Virus record (IMG/VR): IMGVR_UViG_3300020227_000034
Span: 1-53,722 of that record
Origin: a virus
DNA: 53,722 nucleotides
Direction: 5' to 3' (one strand)
Numbering within the stretch: position 1 is the stretch's first letter; every line of letters starts with the position of its first letter. The notes under the pieces were generated by a model. It searched no databases. It had not been told where the DNA came from and worked only from the letters and a program-made list of their open reading frames with translations. The position numbers and the translations under genes were made by a program. Below, piece by piece: positions 8,699 through 17,430 of the stretch.

Positions 8699-11362
8699 TT
8701 AATCAAGGACTACCTCGCCTCTACCACGACCTTTATTACTTATGCGGTCATATAGCCTCTGTGAGATATCTTGGATGTCGCTAGTCTGTCTAACACTTCC
8801 TTTGAAGTTAACTAATGGGGCATTAAATGTGTTATTTACAACTGTGCTTGTTCCACGTTGTACTCTTGTTGTGTTATCTACATCAGTATCCACATTAGCC
8901 ATATCTTTGAACTTAGCAGCCTCTAATTCAGTTTGTGCTGTATTAACCACAGCTCGTGCCATTCCTTTAGAAGCTTCTTTTAGTTTCCGGGTGTTATCTA
9001 CGATACCGATTTCTAACCCTTCGGCAGTCCAAGCACCATATTGCTTGAATAACTTAGATGGTGATGAAATACCAAGTAAGTCTTCGATTGGACCTGGTAA
9101 CACTGATTTAGCCCAACCAACTACTTTGCTCTTCAACCAGTCACCGAGTCCACTAATACCTCGCCACAAACCTTTAACCATGTTACCACCAATACTAGCC
9201 ATATCACTAACTAGTCCACCTAACTTTCTAGGCACCGATAATACAAAGTTGGCAAACTCTCTTGCAGCGTTAGCTAAGCCGGAACCGATTTTACTTGCGA
9301 AGTTAACCATCCCACTACCAATCTTACCTAGGATGTTACTTACAAAGCTTCCAATCTTACCGACCACGTTACTTACAAATTTAGTGAAACTACTTATACC
9401 ACTAGATACCATACTTCGTATTTTAGAGGCAAAGCTCTTAACAAAACCAGTAATCTTACCAATAATGTCTTTTACAAACTTAGCTATTAACCCAATACCT
9501 TTGTTAATAAATTTCCCTAAGACACCAGCAATCTTACCTACGAACCATAAACTAAACATACCCTTTATGAAGTCTACAGCTCCCATGAAGATTTGCTTTA
9601 TAGCATCCCACATACCCTTCCAGTCACCTGTGAATAGGGCAGCGAAAAATTTAACAACACCGGCAAGAATATTGAATGCTCCCTTAAACACATTCACTAC
9701 GGCATCTAGATAAAATTTCACTGTGTCATAAATGAATGGTAGGACAAAACTGATAATGGATTGGATAACATTCATTACCGTAGTAACTACCGGCTGAATT
9801 GTTTTCCATCTCTCTTTTATATAGTTGACCAGCTCTAGTATAATAGGCATTATGAAGGCCTTCACTTCTTGGAACTTCGCCACCACTAAGTCCCAGGTGG
9901 CTATTACAAAATCACGGAGTCTACCGAAGTTAGTTTGCCATGCTGCATAGATTAATTCTGCTATACCTATGATAGCAGTTAGTACACCTATAACAGGTAA
10001 GATGGCGGCAGACACAGCGGGTAATACTGTACCACTTAAAAATCCGAACGCAGTTATCAATCCGGGTAGTGCTGTACCAATCAGTAATAGAATAGGACCT
10101 ACAAGTAAAAGAATCCCGGCTGTTAATGCAGCCACCGCCGCAACCACCGTCATGATAGTAGGGTGCGCGTTAGCGAAAGCCCTAATCCACTCACCGACCT
10201 TAGCTATTACTTGACCTAAAGCTCTTACTACAGGTGCTAGCGCTTCACCGATTGGTGCAATAGCGAGTTGAGCTGCACGCATGGCTATAGTCCATTCTTT
10301 ACTCATTGTCATTCCTTGTTGATGAACTCTATCCGTAGCACCAGCTACACCATCAAGCTCACCACCCATAGCATTTAACGTAGGGATCAATGTTCCACGT
10401 AGGTCTTCACCCATTGCGCCAAATAAGTTGAATGCTATTGTGGATTGTTCTGTTTTACTCTCCACATCACCGAACGCACTGGATATTTCAGATAAAGCTT
10501 GTTTAGAGGACATAGCCCCACTATCTAACTGCGCTACGAACTCTTTTGCTCTTTCAGCACCGAATAACATTTCTAATGCTTCCGCGGTAGTTTTGGAACC
10601 ATCGGTAATTCTGTTCTCAAACTCTTTAAAAGCATCCGCCATCTTGTCAGCATTAAATGAACCGTTCTGTAATCCCTGAACCAAGATATTGGCGAACTCA
10701 CCTGCGGAATAGCCCATCTCTGAGAACTGATTCGAGTACTCCCAGAATGTGTCAAGTAAATCTTGAGCTCTGTCTCCGGACTGTTGAGCTGCAGAAGCTA
10801 CAATATTAAAAGCCTCTCGACCGTCAATACCAAAGTTGTTAGAGATTTGTGATGCTGCTCTAGCGGCTTCGGTGTACTCATAGCCAAAGGCTTCGGACAA
10901 TGTAAGTGCCTGCTTAGTAAGACCCTCAGCTTCCTTCGCAGATGCATTAAACTCTTTTTGTACAAAGGCCATAACATTGGCCACTTCATTCATGTCTTGT
11001 CCGAACCCTTGAGCGTAGACATTTTGAATAGCCTGACTAAAACCTTCTAATTCTTGGCCTGTAATATTGGTTTGTGAGCTGAATCGTCTAGTAGCACTCT
11101 CGGCTTCAGCATATGCTGTAACAGCAACGGCAAGTCCACCCGCAATGGTTGCACCTGCTGATGTCGCTGCTGCACCGGCTCTCTTATATCCATCGGACAT
11201 CTTTTGCATGGCTTGCTTATGTTGATTTGCTAATTCCTGTCCTTGCTTCTGTATTTCCTGGTCAGCTGATTGTAGCATCTCTTTTGCCTTGGCTGTATCT
11301 TTTCGTAGTCCATCCAAAGCTAATCGAAATTCAGTATATACAGCACCAAGACTCTCAGCCAT
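8699..11362 (-). CDS. Tail tape measure protein
   Basis: 887 aa. Helical N-terminus, central multi-TM/Gly-Ala-Ile-rich region, repetitive KIGSFVSNILGKIGSGMVNFASKIGSG segments. Follows the chaperone pair. RBS GGGAGG. Confidence 0.9.
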   Translation of the reverse strand: MAESLGAVYTEFRLALDGLRKDTAKAKEMLQSADQEIQKQGQELANQHKQAMQKMSDGYKRAGAAATSAGATIAGGLAVAVTAYAEAESATRRFSSQTNITGQELEGFSQAIQNVYAQGFGQDMNEVANVMAFVQKEFNASAKEAEGLTKQALTLSEAFGYEYTEAARAASQISNNFGIDGREAFNIVASAAQQSGDRAQDLLDTFWEYSNQFSEMGYSAGEFANILVQGLQNGSFNADKMADAFKEFENRITDGSKTTAEALEMLFGAERAKEFVAQLDSGAMSSKQALSEISSAFGDVESKTEQSTIAFNLFGAMGEDLRGTLIPTLNAMGGELDGVAGATDRVHQQGMTMSKEWTIAMRAAQLAIAPIGEALAPVVRALGQVIAKVGEWIRAFANAHPTIMTVVAAVAALTAGILLLVGPILLLIGTALPGLITAFGFLSGTVLPAVSAAILPVIGVLTAIIGIAELIYAAWQTNFGRLRDFVIATWDLVVAKFQEVKAFIMPIILELVNYIKERWKTIQPVVTTVMNVIQSIISFVLPFIYDTVKFYLDAVVNVFKGAFNILAGVVKFFAALFTGDWKGMWDAIKQIFMGAVDFIKGMFSLWFVGKIAGVLGKFINKGIGLIAKFVKDIIGKITGFVKSFASKIRSMVSSGISSFTKFVSNVVGKIGSFVSNILGKIGSGMVNFASKIGSGLANAAREFANFVLSVPRKLGGLVSDMASIGGNMVKGLWRGISGLGDWLKSKVVGWAKSVLPGPIEDLLGISSPSKLFKQYGAWTAEGLEIGIVDNTRKLKEASKGMARAVVNTAQTELEAAKFKDMANVDTDVDNTTRVQRGTSTVVNNTFNAPLVNFKGSVRQTSDIQDISQRLYDRISNKGRGRGEVVLD
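10697..10708 (+). repeat. Oriented 12-mer, copy 3
   Basis: ctcacctgcgga. Confidence 0.8.
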
Positions 11363-11375
11363 AAAATCGCCTCCC

Positions 11376-11579
11376 TTATAGGAAGTTCAATGCATTCCCG
11401 CCTTGTTCGATAGGTTTCTTTCCATCCTCTAAATAAGATACGTATAATGTACACGCTGAGTCAAGCATATAACTAGCCATCCCACTTAACTCCGGAAAGA
11501 ACTCTGACGGCCTAACTCCCCAAGTCCTTGCATTGGCGATTACCTGTTGTATAGCATCAGGATTCGCTACGAAACCCAC
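11376..11579 (-). CDS. Tail assembly chaperone, downstream (T-like) frame; probably expressed as a frameshift extension of 11557..12012
   Basis: Overlaps the 3' end of the upstream chaperone ORF. It has only a GTG start with a poorly spaced RBS. It occupies the classic G/GT position between the major tail and tape measure genes. Confidence 0.5.
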   Translation of the reverse strand: MGFVANPDAIQQVIANARTWGVRPSEFFPELSGMASYMLDSACTLYVSYLEDGKKPIEQGGNALNFL

Positions 11580-12012
11580 GCATACTTTTAACCTCTTCCA
11601 TCAACCATTGGAAGATTGTCATCTTCTGTGAGGTTGTTAGTGGGTAAAGCTCCTCGAACTGTTCGTAGGTAGGTTCCAATAATGCTTTGCGACACATTTT
11701 GTCAATCATTGGAATCATATCAGCAATGCTGCTCTCCTCTTCAAACCGCTTAGCAATTTGTACTTCAATCTCTTTCTGTGAAGGTTTTTTCTTCCCAGTG
11801 TTACCATCAAATTGTTTAACTACCTCTTGTTGTAATTCATTTGGTAATACACTAGAACCCAACATGTCGGCTGTGATATCAATTCGTTTTACTCTTACAT
11901 AAATAGTAGAATTAGGTTCAAAACCTGGTATAGGTATTAAATGTCCTTCTGATGCTTTCTTTAAGTCTTCCAGTGTAAACACTTTTATTTGTTCATCTGC
12001 CATTTTATCCAC
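11557..12012 (-). CDS. Tail assembly chaperone (G-like)
   Basis: 151 aa, acidic, between the major tail protein and the tape measure gene. RBS GGGAGAGTGG. Confidence 0.7.
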   Translation of the reverse strand: MDKMADEQIKVFTLEDLKKASEGHLIPIPGFEPNSTIYVRVKRIDITADMLGSSVLPNELQQEVVKQFDGNTGKKKPSQKEIEVQIAKRFEEESSIADMIPMIDKMCRKALLEPTYEQFEELYPLTTSQKMTIFQWLMEEVKSMRGFRSES

Positions 12013-12045
12013 TCTCCCATTTTTTATTTATACTTTAATTATACT

Positions 12046-12075
12046 ACATAAAATAAGACCCTACAAGAGGGTCTT
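12046..12075 (-). terminator. Intrinsic terminator after the major tail protein gene
   Basis: Minus RNA: AAGACCCU-cuugu-AGGGUCUU, then AUUUUAUG. Confidence 0.8.
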
Positions 12076-12079
12076 ATCA

Positions 12080-12679
12080 TTAAGCTGCGCCAGCTGGTAG
12101 TGCGTCCACAAACTCTTTAGATGTAACAGGTAATGCTTGTGTGCTATTCTCTTTACCAGAGATAGTAAACTCTTCACTTGCCCATTCTTGGTCAGCATAC
12201 TCCATTGTAGGTATAGAGCCTGTGCAGAACGGTACTGTCACTTTTAAGAACCCATCCTTCATACCACCGGAAGTAAAGTTCTGTATAAAAATTTGAATCA
12301 TGAAAGGTACTTTATTTCCTTGCTCTGCCATCATCGGAGCTTCCCAACCAACAATCTCGATATCAGGGTCTGTACCGGTTGTGATTAGGTTTCCTCCAGC
12401 AATAATGGATGTAGCTTTGGCATCGAACTTAGCATCTGTAAAAGAAATCTCTACACCAGTTAGTGTATCCTCTTCTTCCACAGAAGCTAGGATGCGGTCC
12501 CCACCACGTAGGTTACTAGCTTCCCCTTCTTCTACTTGGGCTTCCACAGATGCTTCTTGTGCTGTATCAATCCAGTACTCTTCTGGAGTAGTTGGTGTAG
12601 AACCATCAGAGTTCAGCACTGAAACCAATGCTCCACGGATACCACGTAAATACCCTTTTTTCGTTTGTACCTCTGCCAC
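12080..12679 (-). CDS. Major tail protein
   Basis: 199 aa, in the position expected after the head-tail joining genes. Followed by a strong intrinsic terminator (12046..12075), as is typical for abundant structural genes. Confidence 0.7.
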   Translation of the reverse strand: MAEVQTKKGYLRGIRGALVSVLNSDGSTPTTPEEYWIDTAQEASVEAQVEEGEASNLRGGDRILASVEEEDTLTGVEISFTDAKFDAKATSIIAGGNLITTGTDPDIEIVGWEAPMMAEQGNKVPFMIQIFIQNFTSGGMKDGFLKVTVPFCTGSIPTMEYADQEWASEEFTISGKENSTQALPVTSKEFVDALPAGAA

Positions 12680-12694
12680 TGTAGATTACCTCCT

Positions 12695-13084
12695 TTAGTC
12701 TCTTATAAGAGCTATCTCAAATTCGATAGGCCCATTGGTTATCTTCTTAAATTCTGGGTCATAGAAATCTTCCCCCATACCAATGTAAGTAAGCGCAATA
12801 TCACCTGCAGGTGTTGGAATGCCGTTCTTGAATGCTGCGATTACTTCCTCGGCTATTTCGTCGACCGTAATATAATTGTGTGGGTCGGCGTAAGGCCAAA
12901 CTTCAATTACTTTGTCGAAAGCCATAGAAATCTCAGCAGCAGTTTCAATCCCGACTTTAACAACTAGAAAAGAATCTTTCCTTTTAGGACCTGCCATAAA
13001 TGGTTGATATACTTGACCATCTACAGATGGTACATTGGCTTTAAGATGATTTATTGCTTCCTTTCTCATCAGCACCATCCCCAT
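12695..13084 (-). CDS. Tail completion / tail terminator protein
   Basis: 129 aa, immediately upstream of the major tail gene. Assigned by synteny only. The exact start is uncertain (ATG at 13084, 13078 or 13069). Confidence 0.5.
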   Translation of the reverse strand: MGMVLMRKEAINHLKANVPSVDGQVYQPFMAGPKRKDSFLVVKVGIETAAEISMAFDKVIEVWPYADPHNYITVDEIAEEVIAAFKNGIPTPAGDIALTYIGMGEDFYDPEFKKITNGPIEFEIALIRD

Positions 13085-13226
13085 AAGTTAGTCCAGCATT
13101 AATATAACCTGTAACATCTTTCTTAGGCATACCTTCTGGTAATGGTTGACCTCGTTTAATTACATGTGTTTTGCCGTCTACTTTCGAACGGTGTTTAGCA
13201 TTAATCTTACTGATTGGGTTAGCCAT
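13041..13226 (-). CDS. Small hypothetical protein in the head-tail joining module
   Basis: 61 aa with a good RBS (GTGAGGTGA-N6-ATG). Overlaps the next ORF by 44 nt. Confidence 0.45.
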   Translation of the reverse strand: MANPISKINAKHRSKVDGKTHVIKRGQPLPEGMPKKDVTGYINAGLTYGDGADEKGSNKSS

Positions 13227-13237
13227 TAATATTCACC

Positions 13238-13585
13238 TCACTTAGTAGCTTTCCAGTAGCGCTGTAATTCGCGCTTCAGGTCTTTCTTGTGTTTCCTCAT
13301 GGTTGGTTTTAGTATAGCATATTTACCTGCCATAGCCTTCTCAAGATAAATACCATATTTGACAGTGTGTGCAAGATATATCACTATCTCATTGTTTTCC
13401 AACTCAGCATATCCTTTAAGGCCCTGCCTTGCATTTCCGGTTCTATCAGACCAACGCGCATTCCGTTTTGCGAAAGATTCCATTTCTTGTGCACTGGAGT
13501 TTGCTAAGGCATATAAACCAGCTTCTCTCCTATCCAGGTAATCTTCTAGGTTGTTGATTACTCCTCCGATAGTTTCTCTAGCCAT
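13238..13585 (-). CDS. HK97 gp10-like head-tail joining protein
   Basis: 115 aa. The WSDRTGNARQGL segment resembles the HK97 gp10 family TGxLrxS motif. Supported by synteny. Confidence 0.6.
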   Translation of the reverse strand: MARETIGGVINNLEDYLDRREAGLYALANSSAQEMESFAKRNARWSDRTGNARQGLKGYAELENNEIVIYLAHTVKYGIYLEKAMAGKYAILKPTMRKHKKDLKRELQRYWKATK

Positions 13586-13960
13586 TTACTTCACCTTCTC
13601 AACGGTTGCTTGATAGCCACAAACAGTACCTTGTACAATACTCGGAATTGCTTTGATTACTTTTAGCTTCCCGTACATCGGATGTGTAAATACATCCTCG
13701 TTCTCTGAGTCGGCTTTAATATCACCTTCAGCAGGTACAATTAATTCGAACTGCGTACGAAACTCACGCCCCAACTCAGCTATTACCTCCGCAGGAGGCT
13801 CCTTCCGGAAAATCCTAGCTGTTTGTTCTGGTAGGGTACTTTCATATGTGGTATAGGCCCCATCCTGTTCTACCAAAGTTGTGCGGGTGATAGTTATAAA
13901 AATAGGGTCCATAGCAATCAAAGAATCGATATGAGCCTTTCTTTCTTCAGCTGTTACCAT
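13586..13960 (-). CDS. Head closure protein (SPP1 gp16-like position)
   Basis: 124 aa, abutting the neighbouring genes. Assigned by synteny. Confidence 0.55.
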   Translation of the reverse strand: MVTAEERKAHIDSLIAMDPIFITITRTTLVEQDGAYTTYESTLPEQTARIFRKEPPAEVIAELGREFRTQFELIVPAEGDIKADSENEDVFTHPMYGKLKVIKAIPSIVQGTVCGYQATVEKVK

Positions 13961-14319
13961 CCTGTGTAATCTCCTTCCAATCTAGACCTGTCGGGGATTC
14001 CTGTGTGATGTTCGCCTGCGGAATTACTTGGTCTCGCCTTTGCAATTACTGTTCTGGACCCTTTGTTTAAATAAAACTTATACATTGACATTGCGTGGTT
14101 ATACTCTTTCTCTTTTGCAAAAGAATAAGACTCAGTACCTACGCTATAAGACTGTATACCAGTTGGTGCTAATCCTGAAGCTTTTTCCATCCACACTTCT
14201 GCGGCTGCTCGGTAGATATTTCCGCTATAGACGTCTATATACCCTTGCAGTTCTTCATCGGTATAATTAGACTCAGAAGGCTCGTCAATGAGCCTCCGAA
14301 GTCTTCTTACATTATCCAT
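13954..14319 (-). CDS. Head-tail connector (gp6-like / DNA-packaging adaptor position)
   Basis: 121 aa. Its start shares a base with the capsid gene stop. Assigned by synteny. Confidence 0.55.
   Translation of the reverse strand: MDNVRRLRRLIDEPSESNYTDEELQGYIDVYSGNIYRAAAEVWMEKASGLAPTGIQSYSVGTESYSFAKEKEYNHAMSMYKFYLNKGSRTVIAKARPSNSAGEHHTGIPDRSRLEGDYTGW
14011..14022 (+). repeat. Oriented 12-mer, copy 4
   Basis: ttcgcctgcgga. Confidence 0.8.
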
Positions 14320-15362
14320 TATGGTAAAGTAATTTCTTGGACGTTGTCTTCTATAGCAGCATATACTCCACGACGAGTACGTGCAACGATTTGTGACTCT
14401 ACCAAACGAGATAGGTCAGAAAGTGCTGCATCGATTAGTAAGCCGTGTTTCTCGAATTCTACCAAACCACGTTTTGGACGGATTAGATAAGCTTTCTTAT
14501 TAGCAACACCTGGGTAGCTGTACTCTTTCTTACCAACTTGAGTGTCCCAACCATCGTAGAAGATTACTTCATCAATACCACTTACTGGGTTGTACTGAGT
14601 AGCTCCTTCTACGTAGCTTTGGAATGCATCCTCAATTTGAATTTGGTTAGCAGAGCTTGCTAATAGAATAGAACCTGGTCGACCTGCTTGTCGAGCATCT
14701 TGTAATGCTTGACGTAGTGTAGCTTGAGTGTTACGAGCTAACACATAGGACCCAGAGTTATAAGGTGTTTGTGCTGCAGTCTTATTAGCTGCCTTATAAG
14801 TGAAATCTAAGATTGGGCTGAAGTGTATGTGGTTCAATAATGCGTTATATGCTTCACCGAATGCACGGTTTAACATTTCTAAATTGAACGCTTCGTTGTA
14901 CTCTTCCATGTCCTCTGTGTACTCAAATCCAGCAGCGTAAGTAGTTAACCTAGCTGTAGGTCCGGATTTAGCATCAAGGGCACCGAACTTGATTTCTTCC
15001 CCTTCCATGTGCTCTGTAAATACTACAGTACCACGTTGAGCGAAAGTTGCATCAATAATCTTAGGTAAGCTTCTGTCAGAAATTGTACGGTAAAGAGATT
15101 TGTAAAGCAATGGTACCTCTTCACGACCTAATTCTACATCCAATACTACTTTGGAAACTAATTCTTCAGCTCCTTGGTCTGAAGTAATCATCTCTCCAAT
15201 TGGCTTAGTAATCTCTAATGTTTCCATCTCTCCATTGACTACGTTATAAGGTACATCTATAGAACTACCATTAACGCGTGCCTCTAGTGAGCCTTCGATG
15301 TTACGTTTTGCTAGTTCTGCTTTCAATGAATCGACATTAGTAAACTTTGGCATGTTATTCAT
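14319..15362 (-). CDS. Major capsid protein
   Basis: 347 aa, downstream of the protease/scaffold and DUF2190-like genes. RBS AAGGAGGATG. The N-terminal 58 aa carry two GEM motifs, suggesting a propeptide. Confidence 0.8.
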   Translation of the reverse strand: MNNMPKFTNVDSLKAELAKRNIEGSLEARVNGSSIDVPYNVVNGEMETLEITKPIGEMITSDQGAEELVSKVVLDVELGREEVPLLYKSLYRTISDRSLPKIIDATFAQRGTVVFTEHMEGEEIKFGALDAKSGPTARLTTYAAGFEYTEDMEEYNEAFNLEMLNRAFGEAYNALLNHIHFSPILDFTYKAANKTAAQTPYNSGSYVLARNTQATLRQALQDARQAGRPGSILLASSANQIQIEDAFQSYVEGATQYNPVSGIDEVIFYDGWDTQVGKKEYSYPGVANKKAYLIRPKRGLVEFEKHGLLIDAALSDLSRLVESQIVARTRRGVYAAIEDNVQEITLP

Positions 15363-15383
15363 CCTCCTTGTTCAATAAATTAA

Positions 15384-15728
15384 TTACGCTCCAACCTGTG
15401 GAAGTAAAACTCCCCATACCACATCGTTAGCGTCTGAATCTGTTGTAGCGCGAATTACAGGTCGATACGACGTTGCAGGTGAACCGCCATCATCAGCTGA
15501 TAGTGTTAAATTAGTACCATCATAATAGATTACATCACCAACAGTTACACCCGCAAGTGTAAATTCGAATTCAGCTAAGTCGATGTCCAACACTACTTCT
15601 TCACCGGAAGCTGCATCCTGAAATGCGAATCCATGGAATCCCGCTTCAACAACAAAATCCCCATTAGTGATTGCTTTAGTTGCAGTTACTTTTACGGACT
15701 TACCGTCACTTACTTTTGCTCTTGCCAT
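15384..15728 (-). CDS. DUF2190-like head decoration / cement protein
   Basis: 114 aa. MARAKVSDGKSVKVTATKAITNGDFV...GFAFQDAASGEEV is typical of the DUF2190 family found next to capsid genes. RBS AAGGAGG. Confidence 0.65.
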   Translation of the reverse strand: MARAKVSDGKSVKVTATKAITNGDFVVEAGFHGFAFQDAASGEEVVLDIDLAEFEFTLAGVTVGDVIYYDGTNLTLSADDGGSPATSYRPVIRATTDSDANDVVWGVLLPQVGA

Positions 15729-15754
15729 TTGGCATACCTCCTTTAATTAATAAA

Positions 15755-16870
15755 TTAGTTTAAGCGGTTACGCTTAACACGTACTGAAGTGAATTGCCTG
15801 GAGCTGTTTCGGTTATTTGACCTATGATTAGTTACATTGTCTGTCATCAAGTTGTCAAACATTTTCTTTATAGATGGCTTCTCTAATAGCGCATCCATTT
15901 CACCAGCAATCTCTTTCTTTTCAGTCTTAGTAGGTACGAACATTTCACCTGCCAGGGCTTGTGCTTCTTGATTTTCTGGGAACTTCTCTTTAATTACCTC
16001 GTCCACCACCCTTTTCTGGTTTGCATTTTCTTGGTCAGCTTCAATCTTTTTAAGATTCTTGATTGACGCAATAACCTCTTCGAATGTTGCATCTTCTTTC
16101 AAACCAAGCTCTTGGCGTACTTGTGGTAATTGCGCTTCTAAGTTCTCCACTTCTTGAATAAAGTTAGCATCCATCTCTCCGACTAACTCACGTGTAGCAC
16201 CTTTATTTGATGCTAAGAATGTACGCAATGCTGCAATCAATTCTTCTTTAGTCATATCACTATTACCTCCCTCATCCATTTCACCTTTAATATCGACTAC
16301 TTTAGTTTGCATTCCTGGACGTCCCTTAGGAGTCCAATCAATAGACATCAGGTTACAACCCACTACTTTGGTTTCACCTTTTTCTTTCTTCAACTGCATT
16401 TCGCCGAATATCGAAGTTTCATTTATTCGTTTGGTTTTTATCCATCTACGTAGTTTCTTCTCGCTAGGGTCCACATAACCTCTAAAATAGGCAGTATTCG
16501 TTTTGTCATCGTACTTAGCACCAATCCAGTGTGTAGCTGGGTCCACAAATTCATGTGAGACATTCTCTGCTTTCTGATGACCTTTAAAACCGTTTGGTGA
16601 GTCGCTGTTAACTTGGTCAACGATTGACTTCACTACTTCTGGTGTATAGTTCCAACCTCTTTTAGACTTACCTGCTTGCATGGAAACAGCTACTTCCATA
16701 GGTTCTTCATCGCCTTCAATAAGCTTGTCATAGTCTACGGAGGAAGACACCGGTATGTCATCGACCTTAACATCACTCTCCAACGCAAGACCAGCCATGG
16801 ACATTTCACCTGTTATCACAGCCCCATCTTTATATTGTTTGAGTTTGTTTAAGAGTTCTTCCCAGTCCAT
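15755..16870 (-). CDS. Prohead protease (HK97/S78-like N-terminal domain) fused to a coiled-coil scaffolding domain
   Basis: 371 aa. GHQK...THWIGAKYDDKTNTAYFRGYVDPSEKKLRRWIKTKRINETSIFG follows the S78 pattern (His ... IG ... D.(S/T)E ... SIGF-like Ser). The C-terminal half is charged and helical. Contains six GEM motifs. Confidence 0.55.
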   Translation of the reverse strand: MDWEELLNKLKQYKDGAVITGEMSMAGLALESDVKVDDIPVSSSVDYDKLIEGDEEPMEVAVSMQAGKSKRGWNYTPEVVKSIVDQVNSDSPNGFKGHQKAENVSHEFVDPATHWIGAKYDDKTNTAYFRGYVDPSEKKLRRWIKTKRINETSIFGEMQLKKEKGETKVVGCNLMSIDWTPKGRPGMQTKVVDIKGEMDEGGNSDMTKEELIAALRTFLASNKGATRELVGEMDANFIQEVENLEAQLPQVRQELGLKEDATFEEVIASIKNLKKIEADQENANQKRVVDEVIKEKFPENQEAQALAGEMFVPTKTEKKEIAGEMDALLEKPSIKKMFDNLMTDNVTNHRSNNRNSSRQFTSVRVKRNRLN

Positions 16871-16896
16871 TCACTCACCTCCCACGTTCTAATTTA

Positions 16897-16925
16897 ATTA
16901 TAATGCACTCTGAATAGGATGTCAC
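16897..16925 (-). promoter_or_regulatory. Promoter GTGACA-N17-TATAAT upstream of the protease/scaffold-capsid operon
   Basis: Minus strand reads agacGTGACAtcctattcagagtgcatTATAAT. Confidence 0.55.
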
Positions 16926-17005
16926 GTCTTTTACAGACAAAAAGGAAAGATTCACTCTGCAGGCGAACTTTCCTTAATGTTTTAGAGGTCATATTACCTC
17001 AAAGG

Positions 17006-17098
17006 TTAAACTGTCTTACCAATCTTCTTTAAACCTTGTACATCAGTCGGTTGACCAGCTGCAATTTTCAGTTTAAGACCACCTGAAATTTTTGGCAT
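17006..17098 (-). CDS. Small ORF (30 aa, MPKISGGLKLKIAAGQPTDVQGLKKIGKTV), absent from the ORF track
   Basis: Near-perfect RBS TAGGAGGTG-N5-ATG. Preceded by terminator 17135..17167 and followed by a hairpin at 16942..16975. Confidence 0.45.
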   Translation of the reverse strand: MPKISGGLKLKIAAGQPTDVQGLKKIGKTV

Positions 17099-17134
17099 AA
17101 TAACACCTCCTATAATTATTATATTACATAGACA

Positions 17135-17167
17135 TAAAAAGGTCCCGGCTGTTAAGCAGCAGGACCC
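17135..17167 (-). terminator. Intrinsic terminator after 17179..17400
   Basis: Minus RNA: GGUCC-u-GCUG-cuuaa-CAGC-cg-GGACC, then UUUUUAUG. Confidence 0.65.
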
Positions 17168-17178
17168 TTTCATGCAAG

Positions 17179-17400
17179 TTATTTTTTGTTGATAGTGATC
17201 GTTAGCTTGGCAGTTGTCTCTGAACCCTCATAGAGCATCGCTTCATTGATTTTGACTTCGACATCTGAGATAGAGTGTAGTGCACTCTTTATTAACCCCA
17301 TAATGTTTCCGTCGCTCTCGGATTGTGCAGGACGTGTTTTAGGACGGACATCGGAGCCGGGATGGGGCTCCATGCCCTTTGGGAGATTAGGTTTATTCAT
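17179..17400 (-). CDS. Hypothetical protein
   Basis: The track ORF starts at 17409. The ATG at 17400 (MNKPNLPKG...) has the better-spaced RBS GAAAGGATG. Followed by an intrinsic terminator. Confidence 0.55.
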   Translation of the reverse strand: MNKPNLPKGMEPHPGSDVRPKTRPAQSESDGNIMGLIKSALHSISDVEVKINEAMLYEGSETTAKLTITINKK

Positions 17401-17430
17401 AATGAACATCCTTTCTATTATTATAATATA

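Noticed and set aside
8742-9713. Long plus-strand ORFs: 323 aa at 8742..9713, 197 aa at 23716..24309, 132 aa at 12300..12698, and all other plus-strand track entries.
   Set aside because: All are antisense to well-supported minus-strand genes. They lack RBS-like sequences and have low-complexity Leu/Ser/Pro/Thr-rich compositions typical of shadow frames. No plus-strand promoter/terminator architecture was seen anywhere.
12695-13226. The 44-nt overlap between 13041..13226 and 12695..13084, considered as a second programmed frameshift.
   Set aside because: No slippery sequence is evident. Alternative downstream ATGs (13078, 13069) reduce the overlap, and ordinary translational coupling explains it.
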